Below are positions 1 through 8,443 of a stretch of DNA of 40,313 bases, piece by piece (position 1 is the first letter of the stretch; the number at the start of each line of letters is the position of its first letter). The notes below the pieces were generated by a model that was given only the letters and a program-made list of their open reading frames with translations, had not been told where the DNA came from and did not search any database. This DNA comes from Clostridia bacterium. GTDB taxonomy: Bacteria > Bacillota > Clostridia > Oscillospirales > CAG-272. Location of the stretch: contig JAFZTO010000025.1 of NCBI GenBank assembly GCA_017618795.1, forward strand, positions 1 through 40,313, in the 5' to 3' direction. Both the position numbers and the translations under genes were made by a program.

Positions 1-1016
1 CACAGCGGGACGCTCAGGTTCCGCCGCAAAAAAAGTTTATATTCCGGATATTTTGCGTGAATGTAATTGGTTATCTCAAAAAGATCCGCGGAGCGGTGAT
101 AGAGAGCGATCTGCAGTTCAGGCATACATGCCGAAATTGTTTTTTCCGAGCCGGCAAGCGCTTTCATTTCGCAGCCCTCGACGTCATATTTTATGAAATC
201 GACGTCCCGGTTTCCACATATCGCGTCAATTGGTCTTGCGCTGACATCAACCGTTTTACTTTTGCCTCTGCGGATTCCACGTCCGCCCCCCTTTGTGAAC
301 TCAAGCACGTCAAATCGGTCCCAGGCGGCGGCGTAAACCGGTTCTATAACGGAATTTAATGCCGCCCGCGCACACAGCTTTGTCAGATTGTGCCCGTCCG
401 GTTCTATGGCTATTACGGTATCGATGTTTTCCGCGAAACCGATAAGCTCTTCAGCGGTGTCGCCGGTATAAGCGCCGGCGTCCACAGTTACGCGGTAGTT
501 TTCGGGATTGAGGATTGTTCTCATTATCTCGCTTGTATCGGACGTCAGATTGTACAGCAGATCGATTCTGCCGCTCAGGCGACAGTCGACAATATTGTCG
601 AAGACTGTTTTGCTTTCCGCATCATACAGAGCCTCGCGCGCCTGTGAAAGCTCTTTCCGGTGCATCGTATAAAAGTCGGCGTCGAATAACTCGCCGCCGC
701 AGACGGGAACGTCTGGAACGTAAATCTCGTGCTTTGCGGCAAGAGCCGCGAACCTTTCAAGCATATGCGGGAGGGAAGAGCCAAAGGCGATAAGCACCGT
801 TATTTCATTTCCGAGACGCGCGGTAATATCGCGGTAGCTTTCGACTTTGAAATTGCGGAATGACCGGTTCCTTACAAAGCCGTCGCTGGCGAAAACACCG
901 GAAATACCAATTTTTCTTTTTTCCAGCTCGTCAATTATTCTGTCCGCTCCGTTTCCGGTGCCGTAAAGCACCAGAGGTTTGGAGGAACTCTGAAGGTTTT
1001 GCCACAGATCAGTCAT
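1..1016 (-). CDS. FkbM-family SAM-dependent methyltransferase; 3' end cut by window edge (338 codons visible)
   Basis: Absent from the ORF track because no stop lies inside the window. I checked every reverse-strand codon from the ATG at 1016 down to base 3 and found no stop. Translation MTDLWQNLQSSSKPLVLYGTGNGADRIID...VTVDAGAYTGDTAEELIGF...TVIAIEPDGHNL...VDFIKYDVEGCEMKALAGSEKTI fits the FkbM blocks (VDxGAxxGD, xxEP, KxDVEGxE). The start overlaps the upstream stop in ATGACTGA. Confidence 0.8.
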   Translation of the reverse strand, partial: MTDLWQNLQSSSKPLVLYGTGNGADRIIDELEKRKIGISGVFASDGFVRNRSFRNFKVESYRDITARLGNEITVLIAFGSSLPHMLERFAALAAKHEIYVPDVPVCGGELFDADFYTMHRKELSQAREALYDAESKTVFDNIVDCRLSGRIDLLYNLTSDTSEIMRTILNPENYRVTVDAGAYTGDTAEELIGFAENIDTVIAIEPDGHNLTKLCARAALNSVIEPVYAAAWDRFDVLEFTKGGGRGIRRGKSKTVDVSARPIDAICGNRDVDFIKYDVEGCEMKALAGSEKTISACMPELQIALYHRSADLFEITNYIHAKYPEYKLFLRRNLSVPL

Positions 1017-1824
1017 CCGCTACTCCCAGAAATCTCCTCAGGTTGCGGTATGCGATATTATCATAGGTTTCCGCGTCAAAGCCCATACGTTCGAAGGCTT
1101 CAAGCGATTCGGCGGGCGTGACGGCGGGGTAATCCGAACCGAAGAACACGCGGTCGGTTCCGCATTTTTCTATGTAATACCTGACTTTTTCGACAGCCAT
1201 GACTTTGTGACACTGCGACAGGTCGTACCATATGTTGTCAAATTTTCCCATAAGACTTTTTTCAGACTCAGGCCACTCTGTGTATCCGCCGAGGTGAGCG
1301 CCGACTACCTGAAGCCCGGGAAAGTCGCGGCATATCCGGGCGATCTTTTCCGGCGCAGAAAAATTGTACCTCGGACGGCAGTCACCGGCGTGAAAGAATA
1401 CGCGCAGCCCGGCTTTTTCGAGTTCCTCGTACAGCGGCATGAGTTTCGGGCTGTCGATGTCCACTTCCTGAAGGTCCGGATGAATTTTAATACCGTACAG
1501 TCCGAGACTTCTTATGCGCTCGACGCCCGAGTGAAAATCGGAATAATCCTGATGCATTCCGCCGAAGGCGTAGGCCTCGAAGCCTCTTTCGCGTGAAAGA
1601 TGCATGTTCTCCGCGGCTGTTTCATTTATATGGTCGACGTGGGCGGCCTGAGTTGCTACCGAAAGAAGCAGAAATCCTCCGATTCCGCATTCTGAGCAGC
1701 GTTTTTCAAGCGTAGAAAGCGTGCCGTCCTCGGCAACTCTGAAATTGTAGAATTTTCCCAGATTTTCGCCGGCTCTCGCGGCGATTTTTTCCGGATATGT
1801 GTGCGTGTGTGCGTCGATTATCAT
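1009..1824 (-). CDS. Amidohydrolase-family (TIM-barrel metal-dependent) hydrolase
   Basis: 271-aa ORF. N-terminal IIDAHTHTYP supplies HxH metal ligands. Internal KIHPDLQ, FFHAGD and C-terminal FFGSDYP blocks are typical of Amidohydro_2-type enzymes. Confidence 0.8.
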   Translation of the reverse strand: MIIDAHTHTYPEKIAARAGENLGKFYNFRVAEDGTLSTLEKRCSECGIGGFLLLSVATQAAHVDHINETAAENMHLSRERGFEAYAFGGMHQDYSDFHSGVERIRSLGLYGIKIHPDLQEVDIDSPKLMPLYEELEKAGLRVFFHAGDCRPRYNFSAPEKIARICRDFPGLQVVGAHLGGYTEWPESEKSLMGKFDNIWYDLSQCHKVMAVEKVRYYIEKCGTDRVFFGSDYPAVTPAESLEAFERMGFDAETYDNIAYRNLRRFLGVADD

Positions 1825-1858
1825 TTTAACAGCCCTTCAAATATGTAATCATCATAAT

Positions 1859-1867
1859 ATTATACCA
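1859..1867 (-). promoter_or_regulatory. Extended -10 promoter element (TGGTATAAT on reverse strand)
   Basis: The reverse strand reads TGGTATAAT about 35 nt upstream of the amidohydrolase ATG. There is no good -35 hexamer at 17-nt spacing. Confidence 0.4.
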
Positions 1868-1933
1868 CATTTTTCTGTCAATGTCCATAGCGTGCGGAAT
1901 TATATGTTCGATTCCGCTAAACGCTAAACCGCT

Positions 1934-1968
1934 AAAAAACAAAATTTGCTCCCGTCGGGGAGCAAATT
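1934..1968 (-). terminator. Intrinsic terminator of the lipoprotein pair
   Basis: Perfect 11-bp stem AATTTGCTCCC/GGGAGCAAATT with a 4-nt loop. On the reverse strand it is followed by TTTTGTTTTTT. It lies about 30 nt past the stop at 1997. Confidence 0.8.
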
Positions 1969-1996
1969 GTAAACAGGACAAGACAAGTTATGCAGA

Positions 1997-3364
1997 TCAG
2001 TTGAGCATATCTTTTGAAAACAGAACTTTTAACGGTCCGTCCAGACTTTTGCCTATCATACCGTCAACAATATCGAGTTCGGTGCATAAGAAATCAGCTT
2101 TAACCTGAGCGTTTTTTGCATCAATTATTTTCGAAGGTTCTGACGGTGCAGTCCTGGATTCGAGCATAATTCTGTACAACCTGTGGCCGTTATCGAATGT
2201 TCTGATTTTGTCTAATGATTCACTCAATATTATGTCTGGACTGAAACAGACAGAAGTGTTCATCATGAATATGAACAAGACATCGTGGACATATTGTTCG
2301 AGTTGTATCTTTGTGAGTTTTTCGAAATCACCGGAAGCAATGTATCCTTTGAGATCAAGGTTAGGCATAATTACTGTTTCGTAATAAACCTGTTCTGATC
2401 TTTCTGTGTATCCATTTTGGTATGACCATTTTTTATATGAATTTGACAGAATCTCTCCGTATATTATTCCGTATTTCAAATAATCATTCTTAGACTTTTC
2501 AAGCAGAGCGATTATATCATCCTCTGTGACATAAACCTGGTTGAGTTTATCCTCTTTTCTGAGATCAAGCTGCTCGACTTTGATTGCGTTTTTTTCTCTT
2601 TCTTTATTTGTAATGCTCCGGATGGCAAGAGTCATTTGGTTTGTCGGACAGACCGGTTTCCTCTGGCCTTCGCGGTAAATGCTGAGTGATGATAGCCTGT
2701 TTGCCCCGTGATAACTGCCAATTTCCCCAAATGGCAATTTAATTAATGCCTTTTCATAGCCTGACAGTATACGTGTTTTATTGTCAGGGATTAATTCTGC
2801 TTTCAGCATAACTGCAAATCTGACATCGGAAGACTCATTTGATTCATCGCGTTCGCTGAGTGATGAAAAATCGCTGAAGATTATCCCCGGATCGCAGAAC
2901 GAGGTAATGTTCATCATTAAAACCGTCATTATATCGTCGACACATTTGACAAACTGTTCGGAGGACAGTTCCTCATATTTTCCCTGATTGAAAAGAGCGA
3001 TTGTTTCACGATTTGGGCTTATTGTCTCTTCGATGTACTCAAGCGGCCGTGCACGGTTTTCTCCGGTCCATTTATCGCCTTCGTATGAATTCGATATTAT
3101 TTTTCCGCGTATCGTTCCGTATCTTTCGCAGTACTCCTTTGCCTCATTGAAAAGGACCAGAATATCCTCGCCGGTAACGAAAACGTTTCTTTCACCTTCT
3201 TTATCGCTGAAATCGAAAATATCCGGATCATCCTCCCGCTCAGTTGTCGTTGAGGCCGGTTTGAAAGTTGTTTCAGGTTTTGTTTCCGAAGGTTTATTAC
3301 TGCCGCAAGATGATGACAAGAAAAGTGTCAGCGACGCGAGAAAAAAACAGATTAGTCTTTTCAT
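1997..3364 (-). CDS. Lipoprotein of unknown function containing two copies of a ~190-aa module
   Basis: Signal peptide plus lipobox (LFLSSSC). There is an internal duplication: VFVTGEDILVLFNEAKEYCERYGTIRGKIISNSY...VDDIMTVLMMNITSFCDPGIIFSDF versus VYVTEDDIIALLEKSKNDYLKYGIIYGEILSNSY...VHDVLFIFMMNTSVCFSPDIILSES. I do not recognise a known family. Confidence 0.75.
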   Translation of the reverse strand: MKRLICFFLASLTLFLSSSCGSNKPSETKPETTFKPASTTTEREDDPDIFDFSDKEGERNVFVTGEDILVLFNEAKEYCERYGTIRGKIISNSYEGDKWTGENRARPLEYIEETISPNRETIALFNQGKYEELSSEQFVKCVDDIMTVLMMNITSFCDPGIIFSDFSSLSERDESNESSDVRFAVMLKAELIPDNKTRILSGYEKALIKLPFGEIGSYHGANRLSSLSIYREGQRKPVCPTNQMTLAIRSITNKEREKNAIKVEQLDLRKEDKLNQVYVTEDDIIALLEKSKNDYLKYGIIYGEILSNSYKKWSYQNGYTERSEQVYYETVIMPNLDLKGYIASGDFEKLTKIQLEQYVHDVLFIFMMNTSVCFSPDIILSESLDKIRTFDNGHRLYRIMLESRTAPSEPSKIIDAKNAQVKADFLCTELDIVDGMIGKSLDGPLKVLFSKDMLN

Positions 3365-3365
3365 A

Positions 3366-4112
3366 TCAGACCTCCGTCAGTCTTTTGTCTTCCCCGGCAA
3401 GGCCGATACAGAGGCCCTTAGTGTCATTTGCCCCGAAAAGCAGGGTGTATTCGTCATTCTCTGTTTTGCAAATTGCCAGCCACGCAACTTCCGTAATTGC
3501 ATCTCTTATGCATACTTCCAAAAGAGACAACTTGAATCTGCCTCCGGGATATACATGCAGGCCGATTAAAAAAGGAAAACTGAACGTGGTGATGCCGTCT
3601 TTAAAATATGCAAGCAAAGTATGTTCAGAAAATTCGCTGTAAATAATGTCTGAAGAACATAGAAGATTGACGTTCATCATAAATATTTCTGCAACGGCCG
3701 AATAATAACCGATCCTGCGTTCCTCGGAAATCGTCCCCTCCCGGACGTCCTTTTCTGCATTGCGGTCGGTAACTACGGTTATTGTTTCGCGCTTTATATC
3801 GTTGCTTGCACGCGTACTTTCGGTGATTATTTCACCCCTGATTTCATCGTAATCGCGATAGTAATCCGCAGCAAGAACAAACAGTTCTTTAATGTCTTCT
3901 CCGGTGACGTAGAATAGTTCCTGTCTTTCGTGTTTTGTTAGATCGAGGACCCGGTACTCCGGTTCGTTTTGCGTATGTACTGAAGAATTATCAGGAGCGT
4001 TCCGTTCGGTTTCCGTCGTATTTGCGACAGCACTCCGTCTTCCGTTTTTTCCGCACGATATTAGCGGGATCATAATAAGCGCCGACAGGAAGGCGCAGAT
4101 CATCCTTTTCAT
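3366..4112 (-). CDS. Lipoprotein of unknown function, single-module paralog of 1997..3364
   Basis: Start trimmed from the track ORF (4220) to the ATG at 4112, which is preceded by AAGGAG. It begins MKRMICAFLSALIMIPLISC (lipobox). It carries FYVTGEDIKELFVLAADYYRDYDEIRGEIITES and VAEIFMMNVNLLCSSDIIYSEF, the same module as its neighbour. Its stop is 1 nt from the next ATG. Confidence 0.75.
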   Translation of the reverse strand: MKRMICAFLSALIMIPLISCGKNGRRSAVANTTETERNAPDNSSVHTQNEPEYRVLDLTKHERQELFYVTGEDIKELFVLAADYYRDYDEIRGEIITESTRASNDIKRETITVVTDRNAEKDVREGTISEERRIGYYSAVAEIFMMNVNLLCSSDIIYSEFSEHTLLAYFKDGITTFSFPFLIGLHVYPGGRFKLSLLEVCIRDAITEVAWLAICKTENDEYTLLFGANDTKGLCIGLAGEDKRLTEV

Positions 4113-4191
4113 AGTTGGCTCCTTTGAACATGACAGTTCCTTTTGCGATTCTGTTTTATCTATTTTGTAGATAATACCGATTTTCATATGT

Positions 4192-4220
4192 ATTGTAGCA
4201 CATCTTTTCGCATTTGTCAA
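4192..4220 (-). promoter_or_regulatory. Sigma-70/SigA-type promoter for the lipoprotein pair
   Basis: The reverse strand reads TTGACA, then 17 nt (ending in TGC), then TACAAT. It lies about 75 nt upstream of the ATG at 4112. Confidence 0.6.
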
Positions 4221-4374
4221 GAGTTATAATATCTTTTTTACATTTTTGTTACAGACTAATGTTTTTCACGAATCTGCCGGCACATCAGGAAATTATAAAA
4301 AATAAAGATATTGCCCAAAAAATTAAGAATATGTTAACAATGCAAAGAAAAATATACTTCAGCCCGATGAAATC

Positions 4375-4404
4375 TTGACAACAAGTCCATTTCTATGATA
4401 TAAT
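4375..4404 (+). promoter_or_regulatory. Sigma-70/SigA-type promoter, divergent from 4192..4220
   Basis: TTGACA, 18-nt spacer, then TGATATAAT (extended -10). An RBS GGGAGA and the ATG at 4434 follow. Confidence 0.6.
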
Positions 4405-4433
4405 ATAATGCAACAATCTTTGGGAGACCCGTT

Positions 4434-5381
4434 ATGATAAAAAGACTGATATTCTGTGCGCTTGTATGCGTAATGATTCTTTCATTCGCTTCATGCGGAC
4501 TTATAAACACCAAAAATCCGAGCCAGGGAAGTCCCGGGAAATCGGACGATTCAGGCAACGGTTCATATCCGCGCATTAAGTATTATGACGGAAAGCAGGG
4601 ATATGAATGGGCCGCTGCTCTGCAGAACGCCCGCATTTCGTACACATACGGCGAGGATCGCAGCGACGGGAACGGCGCGGTTCCTCTTCCGTACGAATTT
4701 CTTAACTGTGCGAATTATCACTATCACAGCGCATATTCTCTAGTAGGGTACGACGAAGCGCGCAGAGGCAACCTCAATCAGCCGGACGACCACATCGCGA
4801 TCGTGTTTGAAAACGGTAAAGCAATTCTGTATGATTTCTACCGCATGCTGATCGTCGACGACTATCCTTACTGGGAAACCGACGAAGACCGCGCGTTTCT
4901 TCCGAAATGCCCGTCGTCCGCGGCTTTCAGCATATACGAGCACACGAAGGATTTTGAGAAAGGCACAATGACGAGGGATATCGTCAGCATTTATTGCGAA
5001 CGTTTTGAAATAAGCGTGTCGACGGACCTTTGCGACAACGCAAAGGGATTTGAACTGAAAAAGAAATTCGTCGTTCACGGACAGGCTGATCACACGTCTC
5101 AGTGCACGTCGTACCTGTTTACATACGATCCAGATACAGGAATCGGTCTTCACGTCGAATTCTATATCGATGAAGATCCGAAGATAAGATTTGATACGGC
5201 CTCGGGCGAGGCTTACTACGAATACGCGAGCTCGCTCTCGTCCGTAGTCAACCTGACGGAGTACGAAATCGGCAAAGTCACACCCGATGACGTCAAATCA
5301 AAGATAGCCGAAGTGATGAACGGTCACGAATCAGAATACAAACACATCAGCTACAGTGAATACGGCGATATCTTCGCGTAA
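4434..5381 (+). CDS. Lipoprotein of unknown function
   Basis: 315 aa. Signal peptide with lipobox (ILSFASC). No recognisable catalytic motifs. Confidence 0.7.
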   Translation: MIKRLIFCALVCVMILSFASCGLINTKNPSQGSPGKSDDSGNGSYPRIKYYDGKQGYEWAAALQNARISYTYGEDRSDGNGAVPLPYEFLNCANYHYHSAYSLVGYDEARRGNLNQPDDHIAIVFENGKAILYDFYRMLIVDDYPYWETDEDRAFLPKCPSSAAFSIYEHTKDFEKGTMTRDIVSIYCERFEISVSTDLCDNAKGFELKKKFVVHGQADHTSQCTSYLFTYDPDTGIGLHVEFYIDEDPKIRFDTASGEAYYEYASSLSSVVNLTEYEIGKVTPDDVKSKIAEVMNGHESEYKHISYSEYGDIFA

Positions 5382-5390
5382 TCGAAAGGA

Positions 5391-6635
5391 ATGAATTTTA
5401 TGAAAAAACTATTGTCAATTTTACTTACAGTCCTGCTGGTCGTATCTTGCATGACACTCTTTTCGTCAGCTTACTCCGATTCCTCAAACGGAGACTGGAG
5501 TCAGAAAAGCGTTATCCTTAAGAACACGTCTGAGGCAGAACTGGTCGTTCGTGTCGGAGACATTGACGCATGCAACGATGAGAGTGCTGTTTCCGGCAAC
5601 GGATACGACCCTTTTACCGCAAAAAGTCAGTATGCTCACGGTTATCCGTGGCAGAAAGATGAAACCGATCCGGCCGGAACCGACCGTATTTTTGTCGGTT
5701 CAAAGTGGAAAGGCGAAAGCACCGACGGATACTCTTCTAATTATTCCGAATTCAAGAGCGGCAATGACACAGAGAATGCATACGGAGAAGGCGCTTTGAC
5801 TTTGATTATGGAGTATGACGCTCCTGAGATCACGGTAAAAAACGTTATCCTTCAGCTTTGCATCGATGATTTCCAGGCCAATTCATGGGAGAGCAATTTT
5901 ACCGTGACTCTGAACGGGAAAGACGCTCCGTTTATCGCAGAACTGCTTAACCATACGGATCAGACCGGCCCGACCGCGTACATCGTTTCGGCAATCATCC
6001 CTTCCGGATTCTTTGAAGACATCGCTACCGGAAAACTGGCAATTGTAATCGATGAAACAACCGGGGTCGGCGACGGCTACGCGATCGATTTTGCCAAACT
6101 TCTCATCAACTATAACGACAAGGTCTTCACCGGAAAGTTCACAGGAACCACAGAACCTGGCGCGACTGTCCGTCTGCTTGGTACTTCCACTACCGTTACC
6201 GCTTCTTCCACCGGAGGATTCACTTTCAATGCGATCCCCGGCATCAATGCGGTACGAGCCTCCAAAAACGGTTTTGTTGAAAACTATGACAGCGGAATAG
6301 TTCTCAGTTCAGGAACCGAGTGGGAAGCCGCGGTACCGCTTGAAGAAGGAAAAGGCAATCCAGACATTGATTTTTCCAAATTCGGCGTCGCAAGCGGAGA
6401 AGAAAACAACAACGGAAATTCATCAGCGCCGGCTTCCGACGGAAGCGGTAAGGACAATCCTTATGATGACGGTAACCCGAGCGGAGTCGGAAGCAAATGC
6501 CCGATCTGCCATTTCTGCCCGCAGCCTCTCGGCCTGTGCATCTTCATCTGGCTGCTCATTATACTCGTTGCAATAATCATTGTCGTGATTATCATCGTTG
6601 CATCAAAAAGGAAGAAAAAGGACGAGAAAAAATAA
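5391..6635 (+). CDS. Secreted, C-terminally membrane-anchored surface protein with a carboxypeptidase-regulatory-like beta-sandwich
   Basis: N-terminal signal peptide. The ATG at 5400 has better spacing from GAAAGGA than the ATG at 5391. The segment GATVRLLGTSTTVTASSTGGFTFNAIPGINAVRASKNGF resembles the CarboxypepD_reg fold. The C-terminus is KCPICHFCPQPLGLC, then a hydrophobic helix, then KRKKKDEKK. Confidence 0.7.
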   Translation: MNFMKKLLSILLTVLLVVSCMTLFSSAYSDSSNGDWSQKSVILKNTSEAELVVRVGDIDACNDESAVSGNGYDPFTAKSQYAHGYPWQKDETDPAGTDRIFVGSKWKGESTDGYSSNYSEFKSGNDTENAYGEGALTLIMEYDAPEITVKNVILQLCIDDFQANSWESNFTVTLNGKDAPFIAELLNHTDQTGPTAYIVSAIIPSGFFEDIATGKLAIVIDETTGVGDGYAIDFAKLLINYNDKVFTGKFTGTTEPGATVRLLGTSTTVTASSTGGFTFNAIPGINAVRASKNGFVENYDSGIVLSSGTEWEAAVPLEEGKGNPDIDFSKFGVASGEENNNGNSSAPASDGSGKDNPYDDGNPSGVGSKCPICHFCPQPLGLCIFIWLLIILVAIIIVVIIIVASKRKKKDEKK

Positions 6636-6657
6636 AACCAGACAGTAATTACGAAAT

Positions 6658-6686
6658 GGACCCGTTATTTTCGCCGGGTCCTTTTT
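6658..6686 (+). terminator. Intrinsic terminator
   Basis: GGACCCG / CGGGTCC stem (7 bp, 10-nt loop) followed by TTTTT. It starts 23 nt after the stop at 6635. Confidence 0.75.
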
Positions 6687-6787
6687 GTCTGAGCGCATTT
6701 ATGCCTTACTTTTTACGTTCCGACATGTACGTGCAGTATCGACGGCGCTTATTTTCCGTTTTTGATTTGCGTTTTTTTTTGAGTCTA

Positions 6788-6816
6788 TTGACAAAACATC
6801 AAAAAGGTGATATAAT
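6788..6816 (+). promoter_or_regulatory. Consensus promoter with extended -10
   Basis: TTGACA (6788-6793), 17-nt spacer ending in TGA, then TATAAT (6811-6816). Confidence 0.7.
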
Positions 6817-6821
6817 ATTGT

Positions 6822-6837
6822 TGTCTCAAATGAGACA
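6822..6837. promoter_or_regulatory. Perfect 16-bp palindrome TGTCTCAAATGAGACA; candidate operator or 5' mRNA hairpin
   Basis: 6-bp arms with a 4-nt spacer. It begins 6 nt after the -10 hexamer and ends 26 nt before the Crp/Fnr-family start codon. Confidence 0.45.
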
Positions 6838-6862
6838 CTTTCGGAACTTCATCGGAGGAGAT

Positions 6863-7477
6863 ATGACAGACCTGCAGAAAAGAACGCTCGCCGGGAACCG
6901 GCTGTTCCGCCTTGTGGATTGCCTGCCGGGGCAGTTCATGGAGGAGCGAACGGAGAACGGTGGAGAAATACACGCGGGCAGAGGGATCGGTCTCGTCGTG
7001 ACGGGCAATGTTCTGGTAATGAGGGCGGATCTGGATGAAAGAGTCCTGCTCAACCGCCTCGGTCCCGGGGACCTGTTCGGAATGGCAAATCTTTACGGTA
7101 GCGAGAATCAGAGCACAGCGATTGTTGCTGACGGAAACGTTGAGTTTCTGTTTCTGCCGGAGGCCGAATGCAGGCGTCTGGTCAGAGAAAACCCGCAGTT
7201 CGCGGAGGAATATATCGCTCTGCTGTCTGACAAGATCAGATTTCTGAACAGACGCATATCGGTTTTTTCGTCTCCAGACGTTGAGTCAAAGGTGGCGCGT
7301 GCGCTGCTGTCCGGCAGGTATATATCAGAAACCATGACGGGACTTTCAAGGCGTCTCGGGATAGGCAGAGCCTCGCTCTACCGCGTCCTCGACCTCTTCG
7401 AAAAGGAAGGTCTGATCCGAAAAAACGGCAGAACCGTCACCGTTATTGACAGTGAAAAATTATCAAAGCATATTTAA
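6863..7477 (+). CDS. Crp/Fnr-family transcriptional regulator
   Basis: Start moved to the ATG at 6863, which is preceded by GGAGGAG. The track ORF start at 6497 would overlap the previous gene, the terminator and the promoter. It has a cNMP-binding-like beta-roll (GPGDLFGMANLYG) and a C-terminal wHTH (LSRRLGIGRASLYRVLDLFEKEGLI). Confidence 0.85.
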   Translation: MTDLQKRTLAGNRLFRLVDCLPGQFMEERTENGGEIHAGRGIGLVVTGNVLVMRADLDERVLLNRLGPGDLFGMANLYGSENQSTAIVADGNVEFLFLPEAECRRLVRENPQFAEEYIALLSDKIRFLNRRISVFSSPDVESKVARALLSGRYISETMTGLSRRLGIGRASLYRVLDLFEKEGLIRKNGRTVTVIDSEKLSKHI

Positions 7478-7489
7478 GGAGAAAAAATC

Positions 7490-8443
7490 ATGAAAAAAAG
7501 AATTATCGCATTTCTGCTGGTCGCCGCGGCGGCGCTCGGAATTATCTGCTCATGCGCTGAAAAGCAGGACAGTTACGTTCTGAAGGTCGGCGCGCTGAAC
7601 GGCCCGACGGGCATGGGAATGGCAAGAATGATTTCCGAAAAGGAAAAGGACGGCATAGCGGATTATACACTGTACGGCGCTGCCGACGAAGTACGTGCGG
7701 CACTGCTTACGGGCGAACTTGACATCGCGGCCGTTCCCGCCAATCTCGCTTCAGTTATATATAATAAGACCGAGGGCAAATACCTTATTGCTGCAATCAA
7801 CACGCTCGGGGTGCTGTATATAGTCGAAAACGGAAATACGGTAAATTCCCTTGCCGATCTTGACGGAAAAACGATCTATGCTACCGGGCAGGGATCAACC
7901 CCTGAATACATCCTTTCGCATCTGCTCGCCGCGGCAAACGTTACGCCGGCAGAGATAATCTACAAGACCGAACACAGCGAACTTGCAACGCTGCTTGCGT
8001 CCGGGCAGGCTGATATAGCCATGCTTCCACAGCCGTTCGTCACCTCCGTAATGATGAAGAACGAAAATATTAGAGTCGCAGTCGACATGACCGCCGAATG
8101 GAAGAAAAACTGCGAGGGAGAAACCGTGCAGGGCGTCGTCGTGGTTTCAAAGGACGCCGTGAAGAATCACAGGGAACTGGTGAACAGGTTTCTTGACACG
8201 TACAAGGCTTCCGTCGAGTACGTGAATTCAAACGTTGATCAGGCGGCCGAAATCATTGCTCAGCTTGGGATCGTGGGGTCGGCGGCGATAGCAAAAAAAG
8301 CTATTCCGAACTGCAATATAGTTTTCATTGACGGCGAGCAGATGAAAACCGCTTTGAACGCCTTTTTAAAGGTACTGTTCGACGCTTCAGCCGCATCCGT
8401 CGGCGGTAAGCTGCCCGATGAGAAGATCTATTACACGCGCTGA
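7490..8443 (+). CDS. ABC transporter substrate-binding lipoprotein (NMT1/THI5-like, NitT/TauT-type)
   Basis: Lipobox (GIICSC). The GALNGPTGMGMARM motif and the overall pattern match the aliphatic sulfonate/HMP-type binding protein fold. Confidence 0.75.
   Translation: MKKRIIAFLLVAAAALGIICSCAEKQDSYVLKVGALNGPTGMGMARMISEKEKDGIADYTLYGAADEVRAALLTGELDIAAVPANLASVIYNKTEGKYLIAAINTLGVLYIVENGNTVNSLADLDGKTIYATGQGSTPEYILSHLLAAANVTPAEIIYKTEHSELATLLASGQADIAMLPQPFVTSVMMKNENIRVAVDMTAEWKKNCEGETVQGVVVVSKDAVKNHRELVNRFLDTYKASVEYVNSNVDQAAEIIAQLGIVGSAAIAKKAIPNCNIVFIDGEQMKTALNAFLKVLFDASAASVGGKLPDEKIYYTR

Noticed and set aside
57-1066. Plus-strand ORFs 57..359, 390..647, 515..793 and 860..1066, and minus-strand ORF 575..784
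   Set aside because: All lie inside or out of frame with the long stop-free reverse-strand FkbM reading frame. Their translations are Arg/Cys-rich nonsense typical of shadow ORFs.
1915-1936. Three near-tandem CGCTAAA heptamers
   Set aside because: The repeat is very short and sits between a terminator and a promoter. This could be chance in low-complexity intergenic DNA, and there is no supporting second site.
3366-4220. Longer version of the lipoprotein ORF starting at 4220
   Set aside because: The internal ATG at 4112 is preceded by AAGGAG and starts a canonical signal peptide with a lipobox. The extra 36 codons overlap the promoter region.
6497-6862. N-terminal 122-codon extension of the Crp/Fnr ORF as given in the track
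   Set aside because: It would overlap the end of the surface-protein gene, a terminator and a consensus promoter. The ATG at 6863 has a GGAGGAG RBS and gives a normal-length regulator.
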